Positions 29,715 through 40,223 of a DNA stretch of 64,000 nucleotides are shown here, piece after piece. Source of the DNA: Acidobacteriota bacterium. Its GTDB lineage: Bacteria > Acidobacteriota > UBA6911 > RPQK01 > JAJDTT01. The stretch spans positions 1,312,001 to 1,376,000 of the forward strand of contig OZ253580.1 of assembly GCA_965263035.1 (NCBI GenBank), read 5' to 3'. The position numbers and the translations under genes were made by a program. The notes under the pieces are model-generated. The model searched no databases. It was not told the DNA's origin and saw only the letters and a program-made list of their open reading frames with translations. The number at the start of each line of letters is the position of its first letter. Position 1 is the stretch's first letter.

Positions 29715-31244
29715 TCAGCGGAAGCGAATCGAATAAAGATCGGCGTCCCTCATGCGGAACCGGATCCGGATCGGCTCGCCGGCGATCTCCGCCAGGCTCG
29801 ATCCCGCCTTCCAGCGAACCACCTGCTCAATGCGATCTCCCACGATGGCGGTGCACTCCGGCAGGGAAAAACCGGGCACAGCCTCTCCCCGTTCATCCTG
29901 GATCTCCACCCGGATGCTTCCGGCGGCGGACGTGGAACCATTGAGGACGAGTTCCCGGCCTCGAAACTTGAAGGCCTTGGTGACCATCTCACTCCCAGCG
30001 TAGGGAGAATGGACGGAAACGAACCCATCCGTCCGGAGCGTGTAGCGCCGGATATGGTGGGTGGACAGACCATAGTCCCGAGCCACGTAGAGCGACATTT
30101 CTCCCGAACCGGTCGGCACCGTTCCGACGCCTGGAAAGTTGGTTCGCGAGAGCCAGTTTCGGCGCCCCAGGCCGGGTCGAATGAAGCCTTCGCGAAAGGT
30201 CCGGTCATAGACGTAACCGCCGCGGCTGGTCATGAAGACCACGTCGGAGCAATCGTCCCACCTCCCCCCGTGGCCCCCGGGTTCCAGGGTTCGTCCTTTT
30301 TCGTCGCTGAGCACGCGGCGCCCCTGCATGAAACGGGGGATCAGGGCGATATGGATATGGGGCGCCCTGAAGTAGGGCTGGGTGCCGAAAGTGTAGAAGT
30401 CCTGGCCTGGGATCGGGCCGGCCCCTCCAAAGCTCATGGGACGATGCCTGCTCCAGTGCAAGAAATCGGGGGAGGTGGACTTCTGGATGGAGCGGACCAG
30501 CTTCCCCTTCGGGGAGCGGAGATTGCAGCGCGTATAGTGCACGTAGAAGTTCTCGACCGGACTCCAGAAAGCGGCGCCTGCCCCGACGGGGCCATATTCA
30601 GATTCGAGATTCTCCAGGATCACAGGATCCTCTCTCAGCCTCTTCCAGTGAATCCCATCCCCGGAAGCGTAGGCCATGACCCCCTCCTCCGGTTTCAGCC
30701 GAGGCGGCGACTTGAGGGCCTTCAACCGCTCGGAAGCCGGGACTCCGGGGCGGGAGTCCAGAAAGGGCGCGAAGCCCCCGGAATCGAAGATGACGTTGTT
30801 TCTGCGAGTCCCCTTGCGTTCGTAGAGGCCAAGTTCCGGTCTGGACCAGCGAATTCCGTCTTGACTGACGGCGTAGCAGGTGGATTCCTCGGTCTGCTCT
30901 CCATCCTTCCATTCCGGAAAGCCGTGGTAATACATGTGATAGCGTTGGCCGTCGCGGATCACCCGGGGAGCACCCGAGTAGATCCCCTCCCAAGGCCGGT
31001 CGTACACGAGGACGACCTCCGCGGGTTCCGGATGGTGCAAATGGAGACGAGCCCCTTTCAGCTGCTGAATCAAGTAGCGATCCACAAACAGCTCAAGACG
31101 GGAGCCTATATCTGCTACCGCCCCGCCTCCGGCAGCCCCTGCCATGGGATTCAGGAAACAGAGCGTGATTACGCACCAGGCGAGAACCGGCCTCACTGCG
31201 CGGCAGGCGCCCGGGCCCATGGGCAGATCCCTTCTTATGGTCAT
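29715..31244 (-). CDS. Beta-propeller glycosidase-like protein, subfamily I
   Basis: IGSRLELFVDRYLI; TQPYFRAPHIH; SRTNFP; IRIRFRMRDADLYSIRFR. Confidence 0.8.
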   Translation of the reverse strand: MTIRRDLPMGPGACRAVRPVLAWCVITLCFLNPMAGAAGGGAVADIGSRLELFVDRYLIQQLKGARLHLHHPEPAEVVLVYDRPWEGIYSGAPRVIRDGQRYHMYYHGFPEWKDGEQTEESTCYAVSQDGIRWSRPELGLYERKGTRRNNVIFDSGGFAPFLDSRPGVPASERLKALKSPPRLKPEEGVMAYASGDGIHWKRLREDPVILENLESEYGPVGAGAAFWSPVENFYVHYTRCNLRSPKGKLVRSIQKSTSPDFLHWSRHRPMSFGGAGPIPGQDFYTFGTQPYFRAPHIHIALIPRFMQGRRVLSDEKGRTLEPGGHGGRWDDCSDVVFMTSRGGYVYDRTFREGFIRPGLGRRNWLSRTNFPGVGTVPTGSGEMSLYVARDYGLSTHHIRRYTLRTDGFVSVHSPYAGSEMVTKAFKFRGRELVLNGSTSAAGSIRVEIQDERGEAVPGFSLPECTAIVGDRIEQVVRWKAGSSLAEIAGEPIRIRFRMRDADLYSIRFR

Positions 31245-31391
31245 CTCCCCCGTTTTGAAGAGCCGGTCAGACGACTTGGATCATCACTTGATCGGGACAA
31301 CGCGTCGGAAAACTGCCTCTTCAAGCTTTTGGCCTGCCGGGTGCCATCGTGAAACCGGTCACGGCGATTGATGGCGGGACAGTCGTGCCAT

Positions 31392-31426
31392 CGTCGCCAT
31401 GATGCCTCGACGGCATCATGGCGACG
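31392..31426. repeat. Perfect 15-bp inverted repeat in a divergent intergenic region
   Basis: CGTCGCCATGATGCC-TCGAC-GGCATCATGGCGACG. Confidence 0.75.
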
Positions 31427-31522
31427 GGATTGGACGGATGGTATCATGGGGAAAACGAACTGGGACAGGCCGGAAAGGCAGGTCCGTTTCATGGCATCCA
31501 CAATGACCGCGGAGAAGCTTTC

Positions 31523-33115
31523 ATGAGCACGCTTTCCGCGGTTATTCTGTTTCTGACCCACCTCTCTTCTCTTTCCGGTCTTCCCCAGGACCAGAAGCCT
31601 CAAGAGGAAGAGATCGATTACTACAAGAAATGGCTGCAGGAAGACGTTCGCTACATCATGGTCGACGAAGAACGGGCCGTCTTCGAGAAACTCAACACGG
31701 ACGACGAGCGAGACGCCTTTATTGAACAGTTCTGGCGCCGCCGCGATACCGACCCGTCGACGGCGATCAATGAGTTCCGGGAAGAACATTACCGTAGGAT
31801 CGCCTACGCCAATGAGCGATTCCGGTCCGGCATCGAGGGCTGGGCCACCGACCGCGGCCGAATCTACATCACTTTCGGCCCCCCCGACAATATCGACGAC
31901 CATCCCGGTGGATACTACGCCCGGCGTCCGGAAGAGGGGGGCGGCATGACCAGCACCTATGCGTTCCAGCGCTGGTTCTACCGTTTCATCCCTGGCATAG
32001 GACCCGGTGTCGAGATCGAGTTCGTCGACCCCACCAATACGGGAGAGTATCGGATCGCGCTGCGGCCGACCGAGAAGGATGCCCTCTTTGTGGCCGGCGG
32101 AGGAATGACGGACGGGGAGTTCCGCGGCCAGGTGGATCGGGCAGGGCGCGTGCGCTCCGCCCTCTTGATGAGGAACCTGGGTCTGGAGGGCGAACCCTAC
32201 TACATGACGGGGGCTCAACCGCTGCAGCGAGTGCGCAACTATTTCTACACGAAGCGCCCTCCCAAGCTCCAGTTTGGAGAACTGCAGAATCTGGTGGACA
32301 CCCAGCTCTACTACGATTCCATTCCGGTCCAGATCGGAGTCAATCAATTCCGGGTCGGACCGGACCAGGTGCTGGCTCCCGTCACCCTCAGGGTTGGGCG
32401 GGAGCAGCTGACCTATCGGAAAACCGAAGGAAGCCGGCGGGCCGTCCTGAACATCTATGGCAGGGTGACCGACCTGGGAAATCGGATCGTGTACGAGTTC
32501 GAGGATACCGTTCTGGCGGATCAGTCCCCGGACCTGCAACCGCAGGAATTCGGGGGCGTGGCTACCTACCAGAGGAGTGTTCCCCTGCGATCCGGCCGGT
32601 ACAAACTGACTCTGATCCTGAAGGACGGGAACAGTGGGAAGGTCTCGGTCACCACGACTCCGATCCGCGTCGCCCCCTTCGAGTCCGGGACCCTGACAAC
32701 CAGCAGCATCATCCTTGCGGACAAGGTCCTGTCTTCAGATCCCGGAACCCTCCTGAGCGAGCCCTTCGTGGTTCCCGCCGGTTTCAAGATCTTCCCCAAC
32801 GTGACTCAGGAGTTCACGAATCGGGACCGCTGTTTCTTCTACGTGGAGGCCTATGAGGTGGCCATCGATCAGTCGACTCTTCAACCCTTGCTGGGAGCCG
32901 AAATCTATCTGGTCCACGACGGCCGTATCGTGCAGCAGGAACAGCCCAAAGCCGTGACCCTGGGCGATCGGGTTGCCCTTTTCCAGGACGTGGATCTGAG
33001 CCGGCTCCTCGCAGGAAAGCATCGCATCGAGTTGCACGTGGACGACCGCATCAGTGGTCAGCGAGTCATCCGCCGCGCAGAGATTACGATTCTGGAGGAG
33101 TCCCGCGGTTCCTGA
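31523..33115 (+). CDS. GWxTD domain protein
   Basis: YKKWLQEDVRYI, FIEQFWRRRD, EHYRRIAYANERF, GWATDRGRIYITFGPPD. Confidence 0.9.
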   Translation: MSTLSAVILFLTHLSSLSGLPQDQKPQEEEIDYYKKWLQEDVRYIMVDEERAVFEKLNTDDERDAFIEQFWRRRDTDPSTAINEFREEHYRRIAYANERFRSGIEGWATDRGRIYITFGPPDNIDDHPGGYYARRPEEGGGMTSTYAFQRWFYRFIPGIGPGVEIEFVDPTNTGEYRIALRPTEKDALFVAGGGMTDGEFRGQVDRAGRVRSALLMRNLGLEGEPYYMTGAQPLQRVRNYFYTKRPPKLQFGELQNLVDTQLYYDSIPVQIGVNQFRVGPDQVLAPVTLRVGREQLTYRKTEGSRRAVLNIYGRVTDLGNRIVYEFEDTVLADQSPDLQPQEFGGVATYQRSVPLRSGRYKLTLILKDGNSGKVSVTTTPIRVAPFESGTLTTSSIILADKVLSSDPGTLLSEPFVVPAGFKIFPNVTQEFTNRDRCFFYVEAYEVAIDQSTLQPLLGAEIYLVHDGRIVQQEQPKAVTLGDRVALFQDVDLSRLLAGKHRIELHVDDRISGQRVIRRAEITILEESRGS

Positions 33116-33140
33116 CCGGACCGAAACGGGCGAGTATGCA

Positions 33141-33388
33141 CTAGCCCGCATTTCTCACCAGGGGGTGCGATGATCGCGCAGGATTTTCGCCCTCAGCGCG
33201 TGCTCGCGACCGAGAGCGTAGTGGTGACTACGTTTGAGAGAGCATGTGCGCGCTGAGGGCGAAAAGACCAGCGAGGGCGCGCCCAGCGCAGTCTGTCCCC
33301 GAGAGACCTTGGCAATAGCCGGGTAAATGCTGAAAAACAAATTCTTTTTAATCATAAGCATAGCGGCCTGGTGAGGAATGCGGGCTGG
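33141..33388. mobile_element. MITE-like element, family C (22-bp terminal inverted repeats, internal hairpin)
   Basis: CTAGCCCGCATTTCTCACCAGG ... CCTGGTGAGGAATGCGGGCTGG; internal 17-bp perfect stem at 33184-33265. Confidence 0.7.
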
Positions 33389-33438
33389 AGACGCCATTCC
33401 CGGGCGATCATCCCATTCCCCGGGTGAGAAACGCCGGA

Positions 33439-34990
33439 TCAGAAGTTTTTCCGGGCGGTGGCCGGATCTCCCGGAACGAACTGGAAAGCGAACAGCTTCG
33501 CGTTCTTGAAGTGGAATCGGAGCTTGACCGGCTTTCCGGCCAGTCCCGCCACGTCGGAACTTCCCCTCCAGGTGACGGGCTGTCTCGTGCCGGTCTCACT
33601 GAGAGGTTCACAGTCGTCGAAACCGTAACCGGAGATCGGCTTGTAGTCGGTCCCCAGGATCTCGACCCGGACCTCCGCGGGATGAGCTCCCCAACGCTGG
33701 AAGGCCGCCCGCAGGTTGAGCCGCAGTTCGCTGCCGGAAAACGTGAAGGTCCGGGTAACGGCCTGGCTGAAGGTCAGTTTGGAGCCGTCCAAAGAAACGA
33801 AGCCATCCAACGGCAGAACCGCCAATCCGATGGCTCCGTACGCCCGCTCTTCCCCCAGCCTCTCCAACTGCTCCGGGGATCTCCAGTTCACCCCGCCGTA
33901 GTAGAAGAAGATCTTCTCCCCGTGGACGGCCGGCCTGAGGCCGTAGATCGCCACAGAATCGAAGCTGTCCCCGGCTCCGGCCGGTATGAACGGGCTGCGG
34001 TAGCGGCGGTTATAGTGGATCCCGTCCCGGCTGAAGACGAACTGGGGCAGAATCGTGGTGTTCGTGGTCCTGAAGTTCCAGAGCATTCCGATGGTGAATC
34101 CCTCGTAGGCAGTGGCGTGGAGCGAGTAGAACTCGGTGTCGGGATAATCCTGGCCGTCCGGAAGGATGACCGGAACCGCTTCGCTCCAGCGGATCATGTC
34201 GGGGCTCTCAGCGCGCCCGATGATGCCGTTTGCCCAGGGGGCATCTCTGATGGCCACAGATCTCCATGTGGGCGACGTGGACTCGATGCACGGGATCCCA
34301 CCCCATCACCGATGTCGGTCCCCAGCGGCCGCTGCGCTCTCCCCAGTCGATGACGGGATTGTCGGGATGGGGCGACCAGTTGAAGGCGTCGCCGGAATAG
34401 TAGAGATGGAACTGCATCCCGGTCCTTCCCGTCTCGCTGGACAGCTTCCCCCCCACGGTCTGGACCATGGCCTTGTAGCGTTTCGAGGGGTCCGGCTCCC
34501 GGGCGTCGAAGACGATGCCACCCTTGAACCCGAGCCAGTTGTCTTCACCGACGATGTTGTTGTCCCGGGAGCCATCGAACTCCACCAGCCCCAGTGAAGG
34601 TTTCTCCCAACGGTAGCCGTCGGAGGAAGTGGCGTAGCAGAATCGACGGCCCTTACTTTCAGGTTCGCCGCCGGGGACCGGAGTCCAATTGCTGGTCGAG
34701 TACCACATCCGGAATTTCCGTTGATCCGGATCGTAGAAGACCGTCCCGTAGTGAATGTAGTTGCCTTCCCAGGGACGGTCCCGGGGGATGACGGGATTGT
34801 CGACCACCTTCCGCGGATGATTCAGGACCAGCACCGTGTCCTTCAGGGACTCCAGCAGGGACTCGTCCAGGAACAGCTGTTTGCTGTTCCCAATGGGGAT
34901 GATGCTGCCATTGCGAGGGGCAGCGGCCGTCTGAACCTGAATCAGCGCCAGACCCGACACCAGCATCGTCAGGACTCTTCTTTCTAGCAT
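33439..34990 (-). pseudogene. Beta-propeller family gene, subfamily II, frameshifted
   Basis: N-terminal half 34990 to ~34226 ends EICGHQRCPLGKR; the C-terminal half resumes IIGRAESPD in another frame, consistent with one extra base near 34225. Confidence 0.8.
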
Positions 34991-35014
34991 CCAAAACCCC
35001 CTATGTGGCCCCGA

Positions 35015-36661
35015 TCAAGACTCGGGCCGGGCAAACCGAATCGAGAAGAGGTCCGCATCCTTCATCACGAAACGGAGCCGAACCGGACGGCCTTCCAGGC
35101 GGCTCAAGTCGGAGCCTTCCACCCAGCGGACGACCTGCTCGATCTTGTCTCCAATGACCTCAGGACAATCGGCCAGCCGGAATCCCGGGATCGGATCGCC
35201 TCCGGCGTCCTGGATTTCCACGCGCAAGCTGCCGGCCGCCGAGGTCGAGAAGTTCAGGACCAGTTCCTTCCCCCGGAATCTCAAGGGACGGGTCACCATC
35301 TCGCCGCCATCGTAATCCGCGTGCAGGGAGGCAAATCCGTCGCTACGCAGAATATAGCGCCGCACATGATCCGAAGGTAACTCGTAATGACGCGTCACGT
35401 AGAAAGAAATCTCATCCTCGGCGGTGGGGACGATCCCGATTCCGGGAAAGTTGGTCCGAGTGCCCCAGTTCTCGAGTCCCGGACCCGGCCGCAGGAAGGC
35501 CTCAGGGAAGGTCCGGTCATACCTGTCCCCGCCGCGGCTGGTCAGGAGGATGGCGTCCGAGCAGTTCTTCCAGGTCCACCAGGGCATCCCTTCCGGCTGG
35601 ATGGACTGGCCCTCCGCGTCGCTCAAGGCTTGCTGGCCGGGCAGGAAGCGTGCGGCCAGACCGATGTAGAGATGGGGCGCTCGAAAGTAGGGTTGGGTCG
35701 CGCTGGTATAGAGCTGCTCGTCCACGGTGGGGGGATACTGGCTGAATTTCATCGTCTGCCAGTCACTCCAGTGGACCAGATCCGTAGAGACGGCCCGCTG
35801 GACGGTCCGGATCACCCCGGTTCTCTTCCAGGTCCGGCCACCGTCCGCGGAGTAGCGGAAAGCGTCGTCGCCAGCCCGATCCCGGTTGCGAATGGAGAAC
35901 TCCCCCTCTCTGGTGAGCAATGACCGGAACGAGCCGGGATCGTCACCCAAATGCCGAATCTTCAGTCCCAGTTCGACGTTGGAACGTCCGAACGCCACAT
36001 AACATTCTTCCGTTTCACTCCAGAAAAGAGTCGCGCCTTCGATTGAAGGCCGGTCATGGAGCTTCCTCCAATGGATGCCGTCACCCGAGACCAGGATTCG
36101 GGAGCCGACCTCGGGTGTCGATCTCGGCGGCGCCTTCACCGCCTTGAAACGCTCTGAGGGAGGCACTCCGGGACGGGCGTCCAAGAAGGGAGTGAATCCA
36201 CTGGAATCGAACAGGGCATTGTTGTTCCGCGTCCCCATGATCTCCACTTGGCCCAGATTCGGCTTGGACCATTGGATCCCGTCGGAGCTCGCCGCGTAAC
36301 AGGTGGACTCGATCAGTGTCTTCGTCCGGGCATCCCAGACCGCGCCCCGGTAGTACATGTGGTAGCTCTCCCCGTCCATGACGACGTTGGGAAAGGCGGA
36401 GCCCAAACCTTCCCAGGGCCGGTCGAACTCGATGGCCACCTCCGCCGGCCGGGGATGATGCAATTGGAGACGGACCTCTTGCATCCGCTGGATCAGGTGC
36501 TGATCCACGAACAGCTCCAGTCGAGAGCCGATGTCCAGAACCGGCTCGCTTCCTGCCGCCGCGAAACCATTCCCCAAGAGAAGAATCACACTCACGCCCG
36601 ATACGAGCGCGCGACCAAGTTTCCGGTTGAAGCACTGTCTTGCGGGCGGATCCTTTCTCAT
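35015..36661 (-). CDS. Beta-propeller glycosidase-like protein, subfamily I
   Basis: IGSRLELFVDQHLI; TQPYFRAPHLY; TRTNFP; VRLRFVMKDADLFSIRF. Confidence 0.8.
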   Translation of the reverse strand: MRKDPPARQCFNRKLGRALVSGVSVILLLGNGFAAAGSEPVLDIGSRLELFVDQHLIQRMQEVRLQLHHPRPAEVAIEFDRPWEGLGSAFPNVVMDGESYHMYYRGAVWDARTKTLIESTCYAASSDGIQWSKPNLGQVEIMGTRNNNALFDSSGFTPFLDARPGVPPSERFKAVKAPPRSTPEVGSRILVSGDGIHWRKLHDRPSIEGATLFWSETEECYVAFGRSNVELGLKIRHLGDDPGSFRSLLTREGEFSIRNRDRAGDDAFRYSADGGRTWKRTGVIRTVQRAVSTDLVHWSDWQTMKFSQYPPTVDEQLYTSATQPYFRAPHLYIGLAARFLPGQQALSDAEGQSIQPEGMPWWTWKNCSDAILLTSRGGDRYDRTFPEAFLRPGPGLENWGTRTNFPGIGIVPTAEDEISFYVTRHYELPSDHVRRYILRSDGFASLHADYDGGEMVTRPLRFRGKELVLNFSTSAAGSLRVEIQDAGGDPIPGFRLADCPEVIGDKIEQVVRWVEGSDLSRLEGRPVRLRFVMKDADLFSIRFARPES

Positions 36662-36898
36662 AGCGACCTCCTTGGCAGTCCCTGCAAAAAGCCGATATCA
36701 CGCGTTAATGGAAACGCAGGTTGGCATGAAACGGTGTCTGATTGTGGACTCCCTGTTGTTCGCCGGTCAATCATGCGAAATTATTTGCAATAAATCTTCC
36801 TGAACGCAGAGCAAGAAGGGGACAGTGGCCCAGCACGGCCCCTCGACTCCATTGCCCCCACCGATGCGCAACGAGAATTGACTGTTAAGGAGGCCCAA

Positions 36899-37792
36899 GT
36901 GAGAGTCATCGTTATCGTTTCCCTGGCCGTGGTGGTCTTGGCGCCTCTTCCCGGGCCGACCTATAAGGAGGTGGAGAGACCCGGTCGGGCCAAGGTTTTG
37001 GAGTCCCCGTCCGGGGTCCGCTTCGCTCTGCTGGGGGAGGCGGGTGAGCGGCCCGCTCCGACGATTCTTGTCTTTGGCGGGGGGATGCGGGCGGGCCTGG
37101 AGGAAAGGTCCGGCACAATGTGTTGGATCCTGGCTCGGCACGGCTTCCTTGCGGTCGCTCTGGACAGTCCCTGCCACGGAGAGGATCAGAGGTCCGGCGA
37201 ACCGTTCGGCCTCGCAGGGTGGCGTGACCGTCTGGAGAAGGGTGAGGAATTCCTCGCCGACTTCCTGAAAAGAACCTCATCCGTGTTGAACTACCTGATC
37301 CGGCAACGAGTCACGGATCCAGAATGGATTGTTGCCTACGGCTCCTCCCGGGGCGGTTTCCTGGCCCTGCATTTCGCCGCGGTCGAGCCTCGAATCGGCT
37401 CCGTAGTCGCTTTCGCTCCGGTCACGGATCTGCTGGCTTTGCGGGAATTCCAAGGAATGAGGGACAAAGCTGCGGCCCGTTCTCTGGACGTCATGGAGTT
37501 GGCGCCGAAGCTGGCTGGGCGCCGCCTCTTCATCCAGATGGGACACAATGATCTGCGGGTGGGCGGCCGCCACGCCATCAACTTCGCCTTGAGGCTCATG
37601 AAGCTGTCCCCCTACCATATGAAGCCCCTGCAGGGCATCTGGTCAGGGGACGCAATGAAGCTGGTGATCACCCCCTCGGAGAGTCCGAACGGCCACACCA
37701 CCTATGACAGAGCCCACCACGATGCCGCGGACTGGATCCTTCGCACAGGAGCGAAACTCGGGCCAGAGGAGGAGTCGTGCGAATCAGAGTGA
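36899..37792 (+). CDS. Alpha/beta hydrolase, secreted
   Basis: DSPCHGE; GSSRGG nucleophile elbow; signal-like N-terminus. GTG start after AGGAGG. Confidence 0.75.
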   Translation: MRVIVIVSLAVVVLAPLPGPTYKEVERPGRAKVLESPSGVRFALLGEAGERPAPTILVFGGGMRAGLEERSGTMCWILARHGFLAVALDSPCHGEDQRSGEPFGLAGWRDRLEKGEEFLADFLKRTSSVLNYLIRQRVTDPEWIVAYGSSRGGFLALHFAAVEPRIGSVVAFAPVTDLLALREFQGMRDKAAARSLDVMELAPKLAGRRLFIQMGHNDLRVGGRHAINFALRLMKLSPYHMKPLQGIWSGDAMKLVITPSESPNGHTTYDRAHHDAADWILRTGAKLGPEEESCESE

Positions 37793-38547
37793 TCAATCCC
37801 TTCGGGGGAACCGAGTTCAGGGGACGGGAGAATCTGGCGCGGATCAAGCGAAGCGACACCGAGTTCGACGTGGTCAACATCGCCGACGCCTATCCGCTGA
37901 AGAACAACCAGTTCCTGTACTTCCGGCACAAGTGCACCGATGCCACGCTGGAACAGGTGACACAGGCCGAGAAGGACGGATGCGACGCCGCCTTCATTTC
38001 CTGCAACCTGGACATCGGACTCTACGAAGCCCGTTCTCTGGTGGACATCCCGGTTACGGCCACGCTGGAGTCGGCGGCACTGATGGCCTACGCCATGTGT
38101 GAACGTTTCTCCCTGATCTCCGTGGACGACCAGAACGGACGCATCCAACGCATGATCCTGAGGCAGTACGGCCTGGACGGCAAAGTGGCGTCACACCGAT
38201 CCATCGGCATCGACGCCAATGACCTCTACCCGGAGAAGACTCCGGAAGACGAGGTCTACCGGTGCGCGGTCGAGGTGGCCCGGCAGTGTGTCCAGGAGGA
38301 CGGCGCGGAGCTGCTGATCTCGGGATGCACCCTCATGGGTTCCGTTCTGACCCACCGCGGCGCCCAGGCCATCGACGAGATCGGCGCCCCGGTTATCGAC
38401 GGCATGGTCACCGGCTTCAAGATGGCGGAAATGATGGGCGACATCTGCCGGTTGACGGGTCTTCCCCCCGTGAGCCGAACGGGCTTCTTCCAGTTTCCTC
38501 CTGCGGACGACGTGAAACAACTGAGGGATTTCTACGGGCGGAGATGA
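37777..38547 (+). CDS. Asp/Glu/hydantoin racemase family protein
   Basis: MRIRVINP; ISCNLD; GAELLISGCT; PVIDG. Confidence 0.85.
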   Translation: MRIRVINPFGGTEFRGRENLARIKRSDTEFDVVNIADAYPLKNNQFLYFRHKCTDATLEQVTQAEKDGCDAAFISCNLDIGLYEARSLVDIPVTATLESAALMAYAMCERFSLISVDDQNGRIQRMILRQYGLDGKVASHRSIGIDANDLYPEKTPEDEVYRCAVEVARQCVQEDGAELLISGCTLMGSVLTHRGAQAIDEIGAPVIDGMVTGFKMAEMMGDICRLTGLPPVSRTGFFQFPPADDVKQLRDFYGRR

Positions 38548-38701
38548 AGGGTCAGGCCACACCTTGGGGCGTGTGGGAGATCGTTCCGGCAACCGAGACC
38601 CGGCTGTCGCGGCGCCGCCAAGGCGAAAAGCCCGCGCGATCTCCGCGTCCTTCGCAGAGCACTACCGGCCGATCGCCCGTCGTTGGAGAGGATTGCCCGC
38701 T

Positions 38702-40147
38702 ATGAGCCGACCTGGACCACGGACCGTGCTATGGCTGATTCTTTCGATAACCTTGGGGGGACTCTCTTCGGCCTGCGCCCGACGAATTGAGAGGCCGAAC
38801 ATCGTGCTGATCCTGGCCGACGATCTGGCCTGGAACCAGTTGGCTTGCTACGGAAGCAGCTTCTACGAGACTCCCCATCTGGACGATCTGGCGCGCCAGG
38901 GGATGCGTTTCACCGACGCCTACGCCGCCAGTCCGATCTGTTCCCCGACCCGAGCCAGCATCATGACGGGCAAGTACCCGGCACGACTCCGCGTCACCCA
39001 GTTTATCTCGCCTGGAGACTACGCCGGGGATGCCATCAAACTGCTGGAGCCGGACTGGACCCGCCGTCTGCCCCTGGAGGAGGAGACGATCGCCGAGGCC
39101 CTGAAGGATATGGGCTACGTCACGGCCGCATTCGGCAAGTGGCATCTCAGCCAAGCCAAGACCCCTCCCGGGAGCCTGCCCTTCAATCCGGACAAGCAGG
39201 GTTTCGACGAGGACTTCGTGACCTACAAGCCGGTCCCCCGCATGGCCAGGGAGTGGCAGACGCCGGAGAACGACGCCCACAACGTCCGCATCATCACCGA
39301 GAAGTCCCTGGAGTTCATGGAGAAGAACCGGGAGAGGCCCTTCTTCCTCTTCGTTTCGCACAACAGCGTTCACACCCCCTTGGTGGAGAAGGAGGCGCTG
39401 ATCTCCAAGTACCGGCGGAAGCCGGATGTCGACGCCCCCACCAACCACCCGGCCATCGGAGCCATGATCGAGACCCTGGACCTCAGCGTCGGCCGGCTGC
39501 TGGCCAAACTGGACGAGATGGACATATCGGAGAGGACCCTGGTGCTCTTCATCTCGGACAATGGAGGCTTGGAATGGAGCGGGGACGACGGTCCGGTCCC
39601 GGCCAACCATCCGCTTCGCGCCGGCAAGGGGGACCTCTACGAAGGAGGGATCCGAGTACCCTTGATCGCCCGCTGGCCGACCGTGATCACCCCCGGCAGC
39701 GTAGTCGAGGAGCCCGTCAGCAGCGTCGATCTCTTCCCTACCCTGGTGCAAGTCGCAGGAGGAGTCGAGAAGCGCGACAAAATAGACGGCGTGAGCCTGC
39801 TGCCGCTCCTGCGTGGGGCCGCCTTACCGGACCGGGACGCCCTCTTCTGGCACTACCCCCACTACCACGGCTCCGGCGCCCTGCCCTCGAGCGCCATTCG
39901 GAAGGGGCGTTACAAGCTGCTGGAGTGGCACGAGGAGAGGATCTACGGGCTGGAGAATCGGTACCAGCTCTACGACCTGACACACGACCTGGGAGAATCT
40001 ACCGATCTGGCATCCAGCCGGCCCGAAAAGACCCGGGAGCTGGCCACAGATCTGGAGAACTGGAGAAATTCCGTGGGAGCCCAGATGCCGGAGCGTAATC
40101 CGGGCTATCGATCCGCCGGAGGTCCCGACGCGCCTCGAAAGGATTGA
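38702..40147 (+). CDS. Formylglycine-type sulfatase (S1)
   Basis: ILADDL, CSPTRA, GKWHL, ISDNGG, GKGDLYEGGIRVP, FWHYPHY. Confidence 0.92.
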   Translation: MSRPGPRTVLWLILSITLGGLSSACARRIERPNIVLILADDLAWNQLACYGSSFYETPHLDDLARQGMRFTDAYAASPICSPTRASIMTGKYPARLRVTQFISPGDYAGDAIKLLEPDWTRRLPLEEETIAEALKDMGYVTAAFGKWHLSQAKTPPGSLPFNPDKQGFDEDFVTYKPVPRMAREWQTPENDAHNVRIITEKSLEFMEKNRERPFFLFVSHNSVHTPLVEKEALISKYRRKPDVDAPTNHPAIGAMIETLDLSVGRLLAKLDEMDISERTLVLFISDNGGLEWSGDDGPVPANHPLRAGKGDLYEGGIRVPLIARWPTVITPGSVVEEPVSSVDLFPTLVQVAGGVEKRDKIDGVSLLPLLRGAALPDRDALFWHYPHYHGSGALPSSAIRKGRYKLLEWHEERIYGLENRYQLYDLTHDLGESTDLASSRPEKTRELATDLENWRNSVGAQMPERNPGYRSAGGPDAPRKD

Positions 40148-40223
40148 TCCGGTTCGACAGAGCAGCCGGGACCGGGTTGGCACAATGCGCCGGAACTCAG
40201 CCCGTTTCGCTCAACTGACTCAC

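Noticed and set aside
36816-36826. Reverse-oriented partial motif AAGGGGACAGT
   Set aside because: Only 11 bp and lacks the AGAAA(T/C)AG part, so it may be chance.
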